From positions 4,257 to 68,256 of the forward strand of contig CABUZJ010000004.1 of the NCBI GenBank assembly GCA_902496015.1: a DNA stretch of 64,000 bases, read 5' to 3'. The stretch is from an uncultured Eubacteriales bacterium. Its GTDB lineage: Bacteria > Bacillota > Clostridia > Christensenellales > UBA1242. The notes beneath the pieces were generated by a model. It was not told where the DNA came from, searched no databases, and saw only the letters and a list, made by a program, of their open reading frames with translations. Made by a program: the position numbers and the translations under genes. Of the stretch, positions 25,778-37,600 are shown piece after piece. Each line of letters starts with the position of its first letter. Position 1 is the first letter of the stretch.

Positions 25778-28485
25778 AATTTCACCCCATCTGCACTATG
25801 ACAAATAAATATTTCAAATTTATCTTTTAACTCAGGAAATGTTTTTGTATATTCTTTTGTGATATACTCTTTAATAGATTCTTCATGTTTTGGGTCAATT
25901 ATTGCCATGCAACAACCTTTAAAACCAGCACCACTAAATCTACCGCCATAAACTCCTTCTGTCTTTGTTAATAAATTATATAAGCATTTTAATTCTTCTG
26001 AGCCAGTTTCATAGTTTTCAATACTAGATTTTCCGCTCTCAAAACACAATTTACCAAATTCAACTAAATTTCCTTCTTCCCAAGCTTTAACACCATCTTC
26101 AACTCTTTTAAATTCAGTATACCAATGGGTTGCTCTTTTTTTCCAATTTAAAGGCAGTTTTTCTTTATGTTTCTCAAACACTTCAACAGGAACATCTCTT
26201 AAATATGTTTTATCAAACACATCATAATCCATTCCCTCAAATGCCTTTAACGCATAAGCCGCTGCCTTGCACTCATCTACTCTAGCATTAAATTTGCTGG
26301 TTGCTAAATTTCTTTCAATGCCTGAAAATAAAATCATAAACTCATATTCTGGCATATTTTTATTTGCTTCTATTAATTTGTAACTTCCGTCACGAGTGTC
26401 AAGATAAAGTAAATTCTCTTTTTTTGAATAAACTTCACATGATTGGTCTAATGTGCCACAACTAACACCAACATAATTATTTTCTGCTTTAAGTGCTATT
26501 TCTATTATTTCGTTATCACTTAAAGTTATATCATTTACTTTACATAATGCAGAAATAAAAGCAATTATAACACTGGCAGATGAAGATAAGCCCCCTATTG
26601 GCAAACTACCCTCAATTACCCCACAAAGCCCAACAGTAAGTTTTTTTACTTTTCCTAGTTCAAGTGTTGCCCCTCTTAAATAATCTGCCCAGTCATTTTC
26701 CTTTTGTTCAGGAACATCACTTATATGCCATTGTGCACGCTTGTCAAATTGTAATGATTCTAATTCAATAACTCCATTGTGCTTTGCAGAGCAAGCAATA
26801 TGAATGCCCTTGTCTATTGCAAAACCTGTAATTTTACCTAACTGATGATCACTATGTGCGCCTATTGGGCAAATTCTATAAGGGCAAAAAACTAATTGCT
26901 CTGGTTGCTTATGATATTTATTAATAAAGACTTCTTCACATTTCATTAAATAATCTCCTTTTTTTATAATTTTTTTATTTCTTCTATTATTCAAGTTTCT
27001 TTTTAAATGTCCTATCAAAATTTTTATTATTCTGTTATAAAAAATTAAATTGACAATTGTTGATATAGCTAAAACTATCAAAGCACAAATTAATGCCATA
27101 ATAAACCAAGAAAGATATGTGGTTTCACTTAGCTTTAACCAAAAGCATGCACCAATAGAGATAACTGCTATAAGTATATCAACAATAATATGTTTTACAA
27201 AATGTTTGAGTTTTCTATTTAAAATATTTTTTCTTAAATAAAAGGCAAGATAAATTGTTCTATAAAGCATTGCAACCAATGTGCCAATTGCAACACCAAC
27301 TAAACCTAAAAAGAAAACAAGAATTATTGATAAAAACACATTTATTCCCGCTTCAATAAAAAAACTGGTTTGTGTTTGTTTATAATGTCCCGCAGCAAGA
27401 ACAATGTTATTATAAGGTATTCTTAAACAGTAAACGGCTTGTGCAAGGGTTAAAATTATTGCAAAAGATGGAACAATATAATTTGCATCGGTTATTCCCC
27501 TAGTATAAACCGAAATAAATGGGACAATCAAGATTCCTGCACAAACATAAATAAAAGTTACAACAGTGTGAATAACCCATTCATAAATATTAAATGTTTT
27601 ATTTAGTTTATCTCCTTCTTCTTTTGCTATCATATTCCCAACTAATGATTGCATACCACTTGTTGTAGACGATATCAAATTATTTAATCCAGTTGTAACT
27701 AAACTATACACATTATATATTGATACATTTGAAAGTGATGAAAATATTGTTAAAACAACTGAATCAGTATTTGAAAGTACAACTGAAGCGACATGTTGTG
27801 CCATTCCATTCCATTTTTGTTTTATTGGTTCACCAACAAACTTAATTTTTTTATCAATTTTATAATGTTTTTTAACATAAATAATTAACACAAAAGGAAC
27901 GCTCATGTGAATTAGAACAGAGCATAACTTAACAATATGAATACCAAAGCCAATCCTTATTAACAAAATGCTAACAATTAAATTCAATAAAATTGCAACA
28001 GTTTGTGCAATAACGGGAACAAAACCTAACTGATCAGCATTAAGCAAAAGTTTGTAACTTATGCTAAAAAAATATTGCGAAAATGAGCTTAAAGAAATTA
28101 TTAAAATTAAACTAATTGTATACCAAATGTCGAATGATTCATTAACAAAAAAAGGATAAATTAAAGTTAAAATCAAAACATAAAGTATAAGAACATAGGC
28201 TATTTTCCTAAAAAATCTTTCTGCTGAAACAATTATTTTACTTACTTCATTTTCATCTTTTTTTGCCAATGGCTTATATAAAGCAGTTTGAACCACTGCT
28301 CCAACGCCACATTCTGCCAAAGTTATAAAACCTAAAAACTGAGAAATTGAAGAAACTAAACCATTAACATCAGATCCATAATAACTTAAAAAATATCTAG
28401 GCAAAATAAAGCCACAAATAATTGTGACTATTTGATATAATAATCCCGCTATTGTATTAAGTATTAGTTTCTTTTTTCTTGTCAT
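25774..28485 (-). CDS. Single 903-aa ORF: Wzx/MOP-type polysaccharide flippase (aa 1-513) fused in frame to a GHMP sugar kinase (aa 514-903)
   Basis: About 12-14 TM helices N-terminally. The kinase part has ICPIGAHSDHQ and PIGGLSSSASV. An internal AAAGGAG + ATG at 26946 lies in frame with no intervening stop. Confidence 0.75.
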   Translation of the reverse strand: MTRKKKLILNTIAGLLYQIVTIICGFILPRYFLSYYGSDVNGLVSSISQFLGFITLAECGVGAVVQTALYKPLAKKDENEVSKIIVSAERFFRKIAYVLILYVLILTLIYPFFVNESFDIWYTISLILIISLSSFSQYFFSISYKLLLNADQLGFVPVIAQTVAILLNLIVSILLIRIGFGIHIVKLCSVLIHMSVPFVLIIYVKKHYKIDKKIKFVGEPIKQKWNGMAQHVASVVLSNTDSVVLTIFSSLSNVSIYNVYSLVTTGLNNLISSTTSGMQSLVGNMIAKEEGDKLNKTFNIYEWVIHTVVTFIYVCAGILIVPFISVYTRGITDANYIVPSFAIILTLAQAVYCLRIPYNNIVLAAGHYKQTQTSFFIEAGINVFLSIILVFFLGLVGVAIGTLVAMLYRTIYLAFYLRKNILNRKLKHFVKHIIVDILIAVISIGACFWLKLSETTYLSWFIMALICALIVLAISTIVNLIFYNRIIKILIGHLKRNLNNRRNKKIIKKGDYLMKCEEVFINKYHKQPEQLVFCPYRICPIGAHSDHQLGKITGFAIDKGIHIACSAKHNGVIELESLQFDKRAQWHISDVPEQKENDWADYLRGATLELGKVKKLTVGLCGVIEGSLPIGGLSSSASVIIAFISALCKVNDITLSDNEIIEIALKAENNYVGVSCGTLDQSCEVYSKKENLLYLDTRDGSYKLIEANKNMPEYEFMILFSGIERNLATSKFNARVDECKAAAYALKAFEGMDYDVFDKTYLRDVPVEVFEKHKEKLPLNWKKRATHWYTEFKRVEDGVKAWEEGNLVEFGKLCFESGKSSIENYETGSEELKCLYNLLTKTEGVYGGRFSGAGFKGCCMAIIDPKHEESIKEYITKEYTKTFPELKDKFEIFICHSADGVKL

Positions 28486-28498
28486 ACTTTTCTTCTGC

Positions 28499-29980
28499 TT
28501 AACTTTTTTGTTTTAAAAATGCATCGACCCAACCAGCACCTTGTGGTTTAAAATAAAAAATACTATCATCTTTTAATTCTTGCAAAGTTTTATTATTAAA
28601 TCTTTTATCTAATGAAACAATAAACCCTTCAACCCCTTTTTCACAAAGAGAATATCTTGAATTTTCCGTTTCTCTAACCCTTAAAAAAGTATTAATTTTA
28701 TCTAATTTTGCACCCATAATTCTTGCAATTATCTCATCAAAATAAACAGGATTTTCGCCAACAGCAATCATTCCAACATTTTTAGGAGATGGGCGTAACG
28801 GACCATCTTTTTCACCTGAAATTATCATGTCTGCAACAATTAAGTATTTTCTTTGTTTTTCATTTTGCATAGCACCAAATTTATCTGCATAAAAAATTAT
28901 TTTATTAATATCTGTAATTGTTCGACTAATAGTGTCGTTACCAAGCCAATTCCCTTCGCCAATAACTTCTTTATTAAATTTATTAAGCAAAAAATTAATT
29001 ATTTTCAAATAAAAATTTAAAAATTTAACTTTAACATAAGCCTTTTTTGTTTGTTGCAAATAATTCCTTTTGTCAAGTATTTTATTTCTCAAATTTTTCA
29101 ACTTTGATTTTTTTAAAAATTCGTCTCCGCCCTCTATTACTGCTCCATTAGCATGATGTGGTAAATATTCCTTTCTAGAATTAACACCTATCATATTTTT
29201 AAGTGATATTGTAACACCAGCTTTTCTATGAGTCTTTGGCTTAGGAATATTTATTATAACATCAGCATTTAAAATATCTTTACTAATCAAATATTCATTG
29301 GTTTTTTCATTATGATGTTGTTTTAGTAATGCTGGGTCATAGTTTGTTATTCTTATTTTGTCAAAATATTCTTTTGACTCGCCATAAAAACTACTTTCTT
29401 CGCCAAGGTCAACAACAATCGACTGAGAATCTTGCTTTTCATGCGACTTTAAAACACCATTTTTTTCAACACTCACTAAATCTCTAAAATCTACAAGCTC
29501 AATGCTAATTGTTTCGGGAAGAACTTTTTTATAATAGTCTATCATTTTTGAATAACCACTATCATTAATTAGTTTTTCAAAATCGCAACTTTGCATTGGA
29601 GCATCACCAACTATTATTTTACCTTTTCCTTTAAGTGCAATAACAACATAATCAATAACAGTTGCAACCACTGCAGGATTTGTAAACAAGCAATCAGTTC
29701 CTTCACCCGAACCATTTTTATCCATAACTAAATTTGGCTTTAAAACAACATTATCACCAGCCTTAACAATGTCTTTTAATGGATTCCAATTCGGCAAATT
29801 AAAATTATGCTTGTCATAACCCATTAGATGAAAAGTTTCACGCACCATGTCATAAACATGATTTTCAGTTTTACTAATTTCATTAAATGGGTATTCTACA
29901 TATTTTTTTGATGGTCTAAATGGTGAATTTTTAGGATAATAATATTTTTGAGTTGTTACTATTCCAATCTTATTATCCAT
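28499..29980 (-). CDS. DUF362-family protein
   Basis: GDNVVLKPNLV... layout typical of DUF362 (from memory). Confidence 0.45.
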   Translation of the reverse strand: MDNKIGIVTTQKYYYPKNSPFRPSKKYVEYPFNEISKTENHVYDMVRETFHLMGYDKHNFNLPNWNPLKDIVKAGDNVVLKPNLVMDKNGSGEGTDCLFTNPAVVATVIDYVVIALKGKGKIIVGDAPMQSCDFEKLINDSGYSKMIDYYKKVLPETISIELVDFRDLVSVEKNGVLKSHEKQDSQSIVVDLGEESSFYGESKEYFDKIRITNYDPALLKQHHNEKTNEYLISKDILNADVIINIPKPKTHRKAGVTISLKNMIGVNSRKEYLPHHANGAVIEGGDEFLKKSKLKNLRNKILDKRNYLQQTKKAYVKVKFLNFYLKIINFLLNKFNKEVIGEGNWLGNDTISRTITDINKIIFYADKFGAMQNEKQRKYLIVADMIISGEKDGPLRPSPKNVGMIAVGENPVYFDEIIARIMGAKLDKINTFLRVRETENSRYSLCEKGVEGFIVSLDKRFNNKTLQELKDDSIFYFKPQGAGWVDAFLKQKS

Positions 29981-30896
29981 TCACTTTCTCCAAATCAATA
30001 TAATCCCCTAACATTTTATCATATTCCTCTGGTTCAAACTCTTCAAGCCCATTTCCAGGGAAAAATGTAAGTTCACCAAAATACACCTTTCCATTTACTT
30101 CATAAAAATCAACCCTAACGAATGGTATATTTTTTGAAAGTTTTTCAGCTAATTCAATCATTAATTCATAATTTTTAGGTTTTTCTATAACTTTTTCACT
30201 CTTAGGATAGTGCCTTGTAAATGGCATAACTTGCCAATCTCTATCAAAAAAAGTAACTTTTAAGCCTTCGCCAGAAAACCTTTCAGAACAAACAAAAGAA
30301 CATTTAACTTCACCATTAAAGCACATAAATTTATAGTCTTTAAGGTCTGGAGATTCTTTATCTTCCATAAATTGTTCGCACACAATTTTTCTTTCAACAT
30401 TTTTATATGGCCATTCTCTGCCAGTTAGGTAATAATCTTGTTTTAACCCTTTATTAAGCCCTTTTCTTACCTTCCTAATATTTATTTTGCTTTTATCTTT
30501 ACAGATACACATTCCAACCCCAGAATTGTGATTACATTTTAAAACAAATTTTTGTGGAAGTTTGTTAAAATCAATGTCTTCTGCTTTGTCATACACTGCA
30601 ATTAATGGGATAAGATATTGTTCTCCAATAGTATTTGCCACATATTCTCTTACCTTATATTTATCAACCATTATTGTGTATTCAGGTTTTCTGTCGTGAA
30701 GTTTAAGCCATTGCAGTTTTTCATTAAATGTTTTTGGGTTATCTAAATCTAAATCATATTTTAATCTTGATTTAAACAATCTTTTTAAAAATTCATCATC
30801 TGGCATTTTATTATAAAATCCCAAAGCTCTATTAATATCAAACCTATAATCTTTATTAAAAATGTATTTAAACCCTTTTGTAATTAAATTTGCCAT
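29973..30896 (-). CDS. TupA-like ATP-grasp protein
   Basis: FNEKLQWLKLHDR...KCNHNSG...DFYEVNGKVYFGELTFFPG. Confidence 0.65.
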   Translation of the reverse strand: MANLITKGFKYIFNKDYRFDINRALGFYNKMPDDEFLKRLFKSRLKYDLDLDNPKTFNEKLQWLKLHDRKPEYTIMVDKYKVREYVANTIGEQYLIPLIAVYDKAEDIDFNKLPQKFVLKCNHNSGVGMCICKDKSKINIRKVRKGLNKGLKQDYYLTGREWPYKNVERKIVCEQFMEDKESPDLKDYKFMCFNGEVKCSFVCSERFSGEGLKVTFFDRDWQVMPFTRHYPKSEKVIEKPKNYELMIELAEKLSKNIPFVRVDFYEVNGKVYFGELTFFPGNGLEEFEPEEYDKMLGDYIDLEKVNG

Positions 30897-30908
30897 AATC
30901 TCCTTCCT

Positions 30909-32045
30909 TTAAAAAAGTCCCCATTCGTAAATCATAAAGCCAGTTGTATCCCCTGCCCTATAAAGCCTGTATGCAGTGTAAACCGTGAAAGCAAGAAAAA
31001 CAAAAAATTTGAATATTATTTTTGAATTTTTATTAAATAAATATTTATCTTCATAGGTATTTAATAAAACTCCCCACATTATTAGTCGTGGAATGTAAAG
31101 ATATTCATTTATCCTCCAAACACCTAGAATAGTTGCTGGCAATATTAGAATAAAACTAAAAATACAAAAACATTTAATTAAATCATATTCTTTTGTTGCT
31201 TTAACCCATGGGTCTAATAATATAAACGGAATGAACAGCATTAAATTGGTTAAGCACATGTTTATAACATTCATTATTGTTCTTGTTTCAGTTTCGTCAA
31301 TATATTCTTTATCACCATCACTTAGTAAATTGCTAGACTGTAACAAATCCTTGCAACTATAAACTAATAAACCTATCATTATTATACCTATAATAATAAA
31401 TAAAGCAAGTTTATAGTTTGGTAAATCTTTAAGAAATTGTTTATAAAAATAATAAAATGGTATAATTAAAACTAAAATAATGCTAATTCTATGAATAAAT
31501 ACTGAACTTATTATTAAAATTGATGCTAAAATTTTGTGGTTTTTAAAAGCAACTAGGCCTAATAAAAACATTGCAACAGCACAAGATGATCTTAATGTGT
31601 TAAATGAAAGTAAATAAAGATAGAAAAATGTTATAAACGGAATATAACTTTGATTTTGCTGGCTATAACTTTTTATAAACAAAATAAAAGATATTGCAAT
31701 AAACAAGTAAACAAATAGAAAATAAATTCTGTAATCAGTTGTGAAACTTCCTATTATTTGATTAATAAAACAAAACAGCCACTCTCCCTTTGAATACCAA
31801 AAAGCAAGGTCTTGACTTTGGAAATGATAGATATAATTAATCATATCAGCCCCGCCAATGCCTTCATCAATTCTTCTACCAAAAGCAAAAATGGTTAACA
31901 ATATAACAATAAAAATGTAATAATAATTTACTTTTTTATCCTTTACAAACCACTCGTTTTGTCTTTTTTGTGCAAGAAACAATAAAAAAGCAACAAGCAA
32001 AGAAATAAACATAAATAATATGAAAGTAAAAACATTAATATTCAC
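30909..32045 (-). CDS. EpsG-like polytopic membrane protein (putative polysaccharide polymerase)
   Basis: More than 10 TM segments, located within the polysaccharide locus. Confidence 0.5.
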   Translation of the reverse strand: MNINVFTFILFMFISLLVAFLLFLAQKRQNEWFVKDKKVNYYYIFIVILLTIFAFGRRIDEGIGGADMINYIYHFQSQDLAFWYSKGEWLFCFINQIIGSFTTDYRIYFLFVYLFIAISFILFIKSYSQQNQSYIPFITFFYLYLLSFNTLRSSCAVAMFLLGLVAFKNHKILASILIISSVFIHRISIILVLIIPFYYFYKQFLKDLPNYKLALFIIIGIIMIGLLVYSCKDLLQSSNLLSDGDKEYIDETETRTIMNVINMCLTNLMLFIPFILLDPWVKATKEYDLIKCFCIFSFILILPATILGVWRINEYLYIPRLIMWGVLLNTYEDKYLFNKNSKIIFKFFVFLAFTVYTAYRLYRAGDTTGFMIYEWGLF

Positions 32046-32074
32046 ATTTATTTCTCCTTATAATTTTAAAAAAT

Positions 32075-33166
32075 TTATTTATTCTTCTGTTTTACAACAT
32101 ATTCAAAATAATCTAAATATCTTTTACTAATATTGTCAATTGAATTTGTTTCTTTTAATTTCATTGCATTTTTTGCACATTTTTGTGCAAAATCGTTATC
32201 TTCAATATATTTTAATATTGCATTTGCAACAGCATCAACGTCTCCAACAGGCACTAATTGTCCATTTTCATTATTAATAATTAATTCGTTTGGTCCATAA
32301 TTACAATCAGTTGAAACAACAGGGGTTCCAACTGCCATTGCTTCCATTAAAGCATTTGGCATTCCTTCATTTTTGGAAGTCATTACATAACATGTTGAAG
32401 TATAAACTCTTCTTAATGCATCTTTTTGAGCACCCATAAAAACAACATTATCTTTGCAAGTTAAATTATTTAAAAATTGTAAGAGTTCTTGTTTTTGTTC
32501 TCCTTCTCCAAAAATAATAAGGTTAAAGTCTTTATGCTTTCTAAATACCTTTTCAAAAGCACTAAGTAAAGTTTTATAATCTTTTTGAGGCACTAGTCTC
32601 CCTACCGCCACAATTTCCTTTTTCCTTTCTTTGCAAGGCTCTTCATATTCATAGGCAATTTTATTACCTACTGCATTAGGTATAACAACACCGTCTAATT
32701 TACTATGCAGTTTATAATAGTTCTTAACTGCTTGCGTTTGAAAAATCATTCCATTACAACGCTTGAAAGAATAATCCCGAATTTTTATTTTTAACTTTTC
32801 TGTAATCATTTCAGGAGCCGCCCTTTCAGATCCAATTAAAGGAATATTTTTTGCACCTATAATTGCACAATAAAGTGCAACATATAAAACTCCAAAAATA
32901 ACATCTGGCTTATTTTCCTTAACATACTTTTTGAATTTTTTACATCTATCTATTGCCCTTATAATTCTTTTTATAAGATTTTTTTCTATTTTTGCATTGC
33001 TTAAAGGAATAAAAGGAACATTTTCAGGTAAATCATAAAACTTAATATCAGTTAAAGAAACAACATCAACTGTGTGCCCTTGCCTAACAGCATAATCACA
33101 AAGATATGAAACTGTTCTTTCTGCTCCACCACTTCCAAGGGAGGGAACTAACATGCAAATTCTCAT
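32075..33166 (-). CDS. Family 4 glycosyltransferase
   Basis: SKNEGMPNALMEAMAVGTPVVSTD (E-x7-E). Confidence 0.8.
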   Translation of the reverse strand: MRICMLVPSLGSGGAERTVSYLCDYAVRQGHTVDVVSLTDIKFYDLPENVPFIPLSNAKIEKNLIKRIIRAIDRCKKFKKYVKENKPDVIFGVLYVALYCAIIGAKNIPLIGSERAAPEMITEKLKIKIRDYSFKRCNGMIFQTQAVKNYYKLHSKLDGVVIPNAVGNKIAYEYEEPCKERKKEIVAVGRLVPQKDYKTLLSAFEKVFRKHKDFNLIIFGEGEQKQELLQFLNNLTCKDNVVFMGAQKDALRRVYTSTCYVMTSKNEGMPNALMEAMAVGTPVVSTDCNYGPNELIINNENGQLVPVGDVDAVANAILKYIEDNDFAQKCAKNAMKLKETNSIDNISKRYLDYFEYVVKQKNK

Positions 33167-34416
33167 TAATTTTTATCTCCTGTTGAAAATTCTTTAAATT
33201 TTTTTCTGTCTATAATCATATTAACAACGCAACCTAAAACAAGCCCAACAAATAAACATAAAATAGTGCTAGAAAATAGCCCCATCCCACCGCTTGCAGA
33301 TAATACTTGCCCAGTGGTGTAGTGAACAGAAGCATCAGAACTTATAACATTACTAGCAGTGTCACAAAATTCATCCGTAAATTCAACAAGTTTATTATAA
33401 TATTCTTGTAATGTTAATTCAAAACCTGATACATCTTGGCCAATTCCATCAATTTTAACTTGAATTTCATTAATCTTTTGAGTAATTTCTACTTGCTTGT
33501 TTGTAAGTAAAACAATCTGTGAATTGTAAGATTCTAAGTCAAGTGTTTGCAAAGAACCAGAAGATGCTATTAAATTATCTCTTTCTTCTCTAAGTGCGTC
33601 AATTTGTGCCTGACAAAAACTTTGTTGTTTTGTTAAAGTCTCCTTTTCAAGTGTTAATTGTGATAAATAACTTTCATCTTTAACATATCCATTTATAGTA
33701 ATTTCAGAGTAAAGATAATTAAATGTATTATTTTTAAAATAAAGGTCTTGTTCTGCTTTTATTTCTGAAATTCTTCTACCATCTGCCGTAACAACATCAC
33801 CATAGTCACTTATTAACTTATCATATTTTTCATCTAACAAAGCAAGCTGATTTTCAAGATATTCAACTTGTGTTTCATAGATTTTTGACAAAGTAAAACC
33901 TTTTAAATTTGCATTATAGCCCGCAACACTTATAGTTTCTATGCTTTTTTGAAGTGGATATAATGCAAGAGCATCTAGAAATTCTGTAGCCAAATTAGCA
34001 TTATCAAAATATTTTGCTGAAACACTAATTGTAAAATACGGATTTTCAACTTTTGTTGAACTTTCAACTAATAGTGGTTCAACATACTCAATTAATATAC
34101 CACCTTCTTTATACATTTTATTTACATCAATCGATTTGAAATTTTCACTAGATGCTTTAACTTCTTTTAAAACACTTAACGATTGCATTATTTTATAGTC
34201 AAATTTTGTTCCGTCACTATATTTCCCATCTTTTAAATTATCTAAAGAATATTCAAAACTTGATGAATAAACTATTTTATTCTTGTTATACTTTAAATTG
34301 ATAAAAAGCATGCCCCCAACATACACCAAAACCACAACGATACATAACAGCCACCATTTACCAAACATTATTTTGCATAACTGACCCAGGGTTATACTTT
34401 TTTCTTCAGCTTTCAT
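33166..34416 (-). CDS. Wzz-like chain-length determinant (TM - periplasmic coiled coil - TM)
   Basis: N- and C-terminal TM helices with a coiled-coil middle. First gene of the locus. Confidence 0.5.
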   Translation of the reverse strand: MKAEEKSITLGQLCKIMFGKWWLLCIVVVLVYVGGMLFINLKYNKNKIVYSSSFEYSLDNLKDGKYSDGTKFDYKIMQSLSVLKEVKASSENFKSIDVNKMYKEGGILIEYVEPLLVESSTKVENPYFTISVSAKYFDNANLATEFLDALALYPLQKSIETISVAGYNANLKGFTLSKIYETQVEYLENQLALLDEKYDKLISDYGDVVTADGRRISEIKAEQDLYFKNNTFNYLYSEITINGYVKDESYLSQLTLEKETLTKQQSFCQAQIDALREERDNLIASSGSLQTLDLESYNSQIVLLTNKQVEITQKINEIQVKIDGIGQDVSGFELTLQEYYNKLVEFTDEFCDTASNVISSDASVHYTTGQVLSASGGMGLFSSTILCLFVGLVLGCVVNMIIDRKKFKEFSTGDKN

Positions 34417-34648
34417 ATCTTTAATTCTCCTTTTTAGTCATTAGTTTATTATAACTAAAAAGGTTAAACTATGTCAATCTATTAGATATATAAATAAAAT
34501 ATATTGCCTTACTCAAATATATTAATTTACACTGATTTTATATTATTAAAAAGTTGAAAAACTTATTATTATTAAAAATTATAAAAAAATTAAAACCAGC
34601 AAAATGCTAGTTTTAATTTTAATCTAATTTAAAGATTTATTAATTCAT

Positions 34649-37600
34649 TTAAACCAATATAAATTTTACAACTAATAAGTTTTCTGCTAAAGTATCATTA
34701 GTTGCACCTTCTGCACACACATAAATTGTTGCAACAAGTGTCCCATCACCCTCATCAACAAAATTTAATGTTAATTCTGTTTCTAAATTTTCACTTGTTG
34801 GTCCAGTTAATGTTGGTGTTTCACCTATTTGATAATCTGTTGTAAATTGATAACTTAAATCATTAAACACTCTTGACCATTTAACTATTGCTGTAACAGT
34901 GTTCTCTTCGTTAGTAATTCCAAGTTGACTTCTAGTCACATTAATTACTGGTCCAATGTCACCAATTTGGAAATCTCCTAAATCAATGTTCTCCACATTC
35001 CCATCACTAACTTCTGCAAAATTCATTTTTAAATTAAATGATGTATCATTTTCGTCAATTGCACTATCGCCATTAATATCGAAATTAAATGTCATTGGAT
35101 ATGGTGGTTGGCCAGCAAATATAAAATAAATTGGAAAATATACGTCTTCAAATAAATTTATATAAATAACTGCATATTTAGCACCCATTATTTTAGTAAT
35201 CGACCCATCTGTATCTTCAAGTAATTGTAACACAAGATTATTTAAACTTGTTATTGGTGTTAAATCTGGTAAATATAATTTATTTTCATAACAAGTATTG
35301 CCATTTAATGTAACAGTAGTTTCATCGCCGAAATCAACATAACTGAAATATGCATAAAATGTTGTCATTCCATTTTGTTCTACTTCCATTGTAACATTGC
35401 CTGTTGGGCCATTTTCACCATTTTCTAAATATAATCTTTCATCATTATAGGAAACTTCAAATATTAAGGAATCAACATTTGTAACTGTAACTGTTATAAT
35501 CCTTGAAGCGGTATTATCTGATGATATAATTTTTATTATGTAAGTTCCACTTGTAGAAATATTAAGCGAATTACTATTCTTGCTAATTAAATTTTCTTCT
35601 GCAATAGAGTTTTTATAAAATTCAATTCTTGCATGTGAATCTTCTGTTATAACCCGCAAAGTTCCTTCTATTACAATATTTTCAATAGTATACGAATTAT
35701 CAACTATTTCACTTGTTATATCTTGTTCTGAGGTTGATTGATCTTCAAAATATAATGAAGCATCAGTGTTACTAGAAATAGTGCCATAAGTTTTAATATA
35801 AGCTCTATATGTTTTATCGCCTTCTGGTGTTGAAATAGTGTATTCTAAATAACAAATATCTTTAGCTTGTGAAAAGATTATTTCTTGTGAAATAACACTA
35901 GCATCACCTATGGTTTGAATATTAATTCCACTCTCTGGTATAAATGCTAAGTCATAGAAATTATGTGGGTTTTGTGAAATATTTAAATCTTTATCAAAAT
36001 TTATAGAATAACCACTATCATAAATATCATTATAAGTTATGGTTATATCACTAACATAATTAGTTACATTATTACCTTCTAAAATATATTCAACATATAA
36101 TTTGAATGAATAATTATAAGTTTTACCATTCATTGTTGCAGAATAGTTTACCTGAACTTCTTGTTGCCCTTCAATTAAAGTTAGTGTTTGACTACCATTA
36201 AAAGTTAAAACTTCATTAGTAAAATATATGTTTGAATCAAATGTCTTAGATAACTGCTCTTGATTTGTTATAAGTATTGCAACATCTCCATTATCATTAA
36301 AATTCAAATCATTAATAACATACATTCTATAATATAAATTAATTGAAGCATTATATATTTCGGTTTCATTTAGATAAACTTTCAAAGTATAAATACCACT
36401 TTCAGCCTGAGTAAAATCTTCAATTAATTCCCCTTGTGGATTAAAAACACTATAAGTACATTCAGCGTAAGCGTCTTTAAATTGAACTTCAAAATTAGTT
36501 ATAAATTCATTTATGCTTAAATACAATGAATTATTCGTTATTGAATAAGGCACTTCACTTTGACCATAACTAGAAGTTGTTTCAATTAATATGTTTTGAG
36601 TAGGGTTAAATTTTGCTATTTCAATTTGTAATATATAATTGTCTAAATCATCATACAAAGTAATAGCATTATATCCTTCGTTTAATGAAATGGTTATTGT
36701 AGATTGTGTAAAATCTATATAACTGCCAGTATTATTTATAGTATATTTTAAATCATATCCATTAAATGCATCACCAAAATCAATAACAAAAGATTGCTCG
36801 TTTAAATCTCTTTCATAAGTATAAAACTGACTATTTATAGTATAAGGCTCCCCATTTATTGTAACATCAATTTCAGGATTAATACTTATATTATATTCTA
36901 ACAACTGTGAACTATTTTCCACTTCAATATTAATATTGCTAAAAGAATTAACAACTATTGTCTTTTGTCCTGTTATTTGTTGTCTGCCATTTTCATAAAT
37001 ATAAACGCTATAATTAGTTATATTAGGATTTACATAAAATTTTAGAGTGCTACCAAAATCAATACTTGTCATTGATTTAAGTTCTTCAAGAGTTATAGAT
37101 TGGTCATTTAATGTAATATCAGTTATTACATCAGTATTACAAGTTATATCAATTAAATAATATTCTAAACCGCTTATATCATCATTTTCTTTAATTTTAA
37201 TAGTAGTATCTTCAGTAATTGCTGAATCATTTACAAAAGTTAAACTTAACTTTGATGAATATTCACTTTTTAATAATATTGAAAGTGTATCTCCATATTT
37301 AACAACGGGATTTGCTTTAAACTCATCAAAAGTCATTTCTTGGTCGCCAACAACAACTTTTTCAAATATATCTCTATTAACATTAATAGTTTTAGAATAA
37401 ATTGTTACTGCATTTTGATTTATTTTTATTTCAAAAGATATTGAATTTGGATTAACAGATATATTATTATCCAATGCTGATGAGTCAGTAGATTCAACAC
37501 CTGTATTTATATTATAATAATGTTTTACTACGGTGCAAGAGAACCCATCTGCAATCACTAACCCAAGTTCATCGCCAATATTTAAAGTTGTTAAGTTTAC

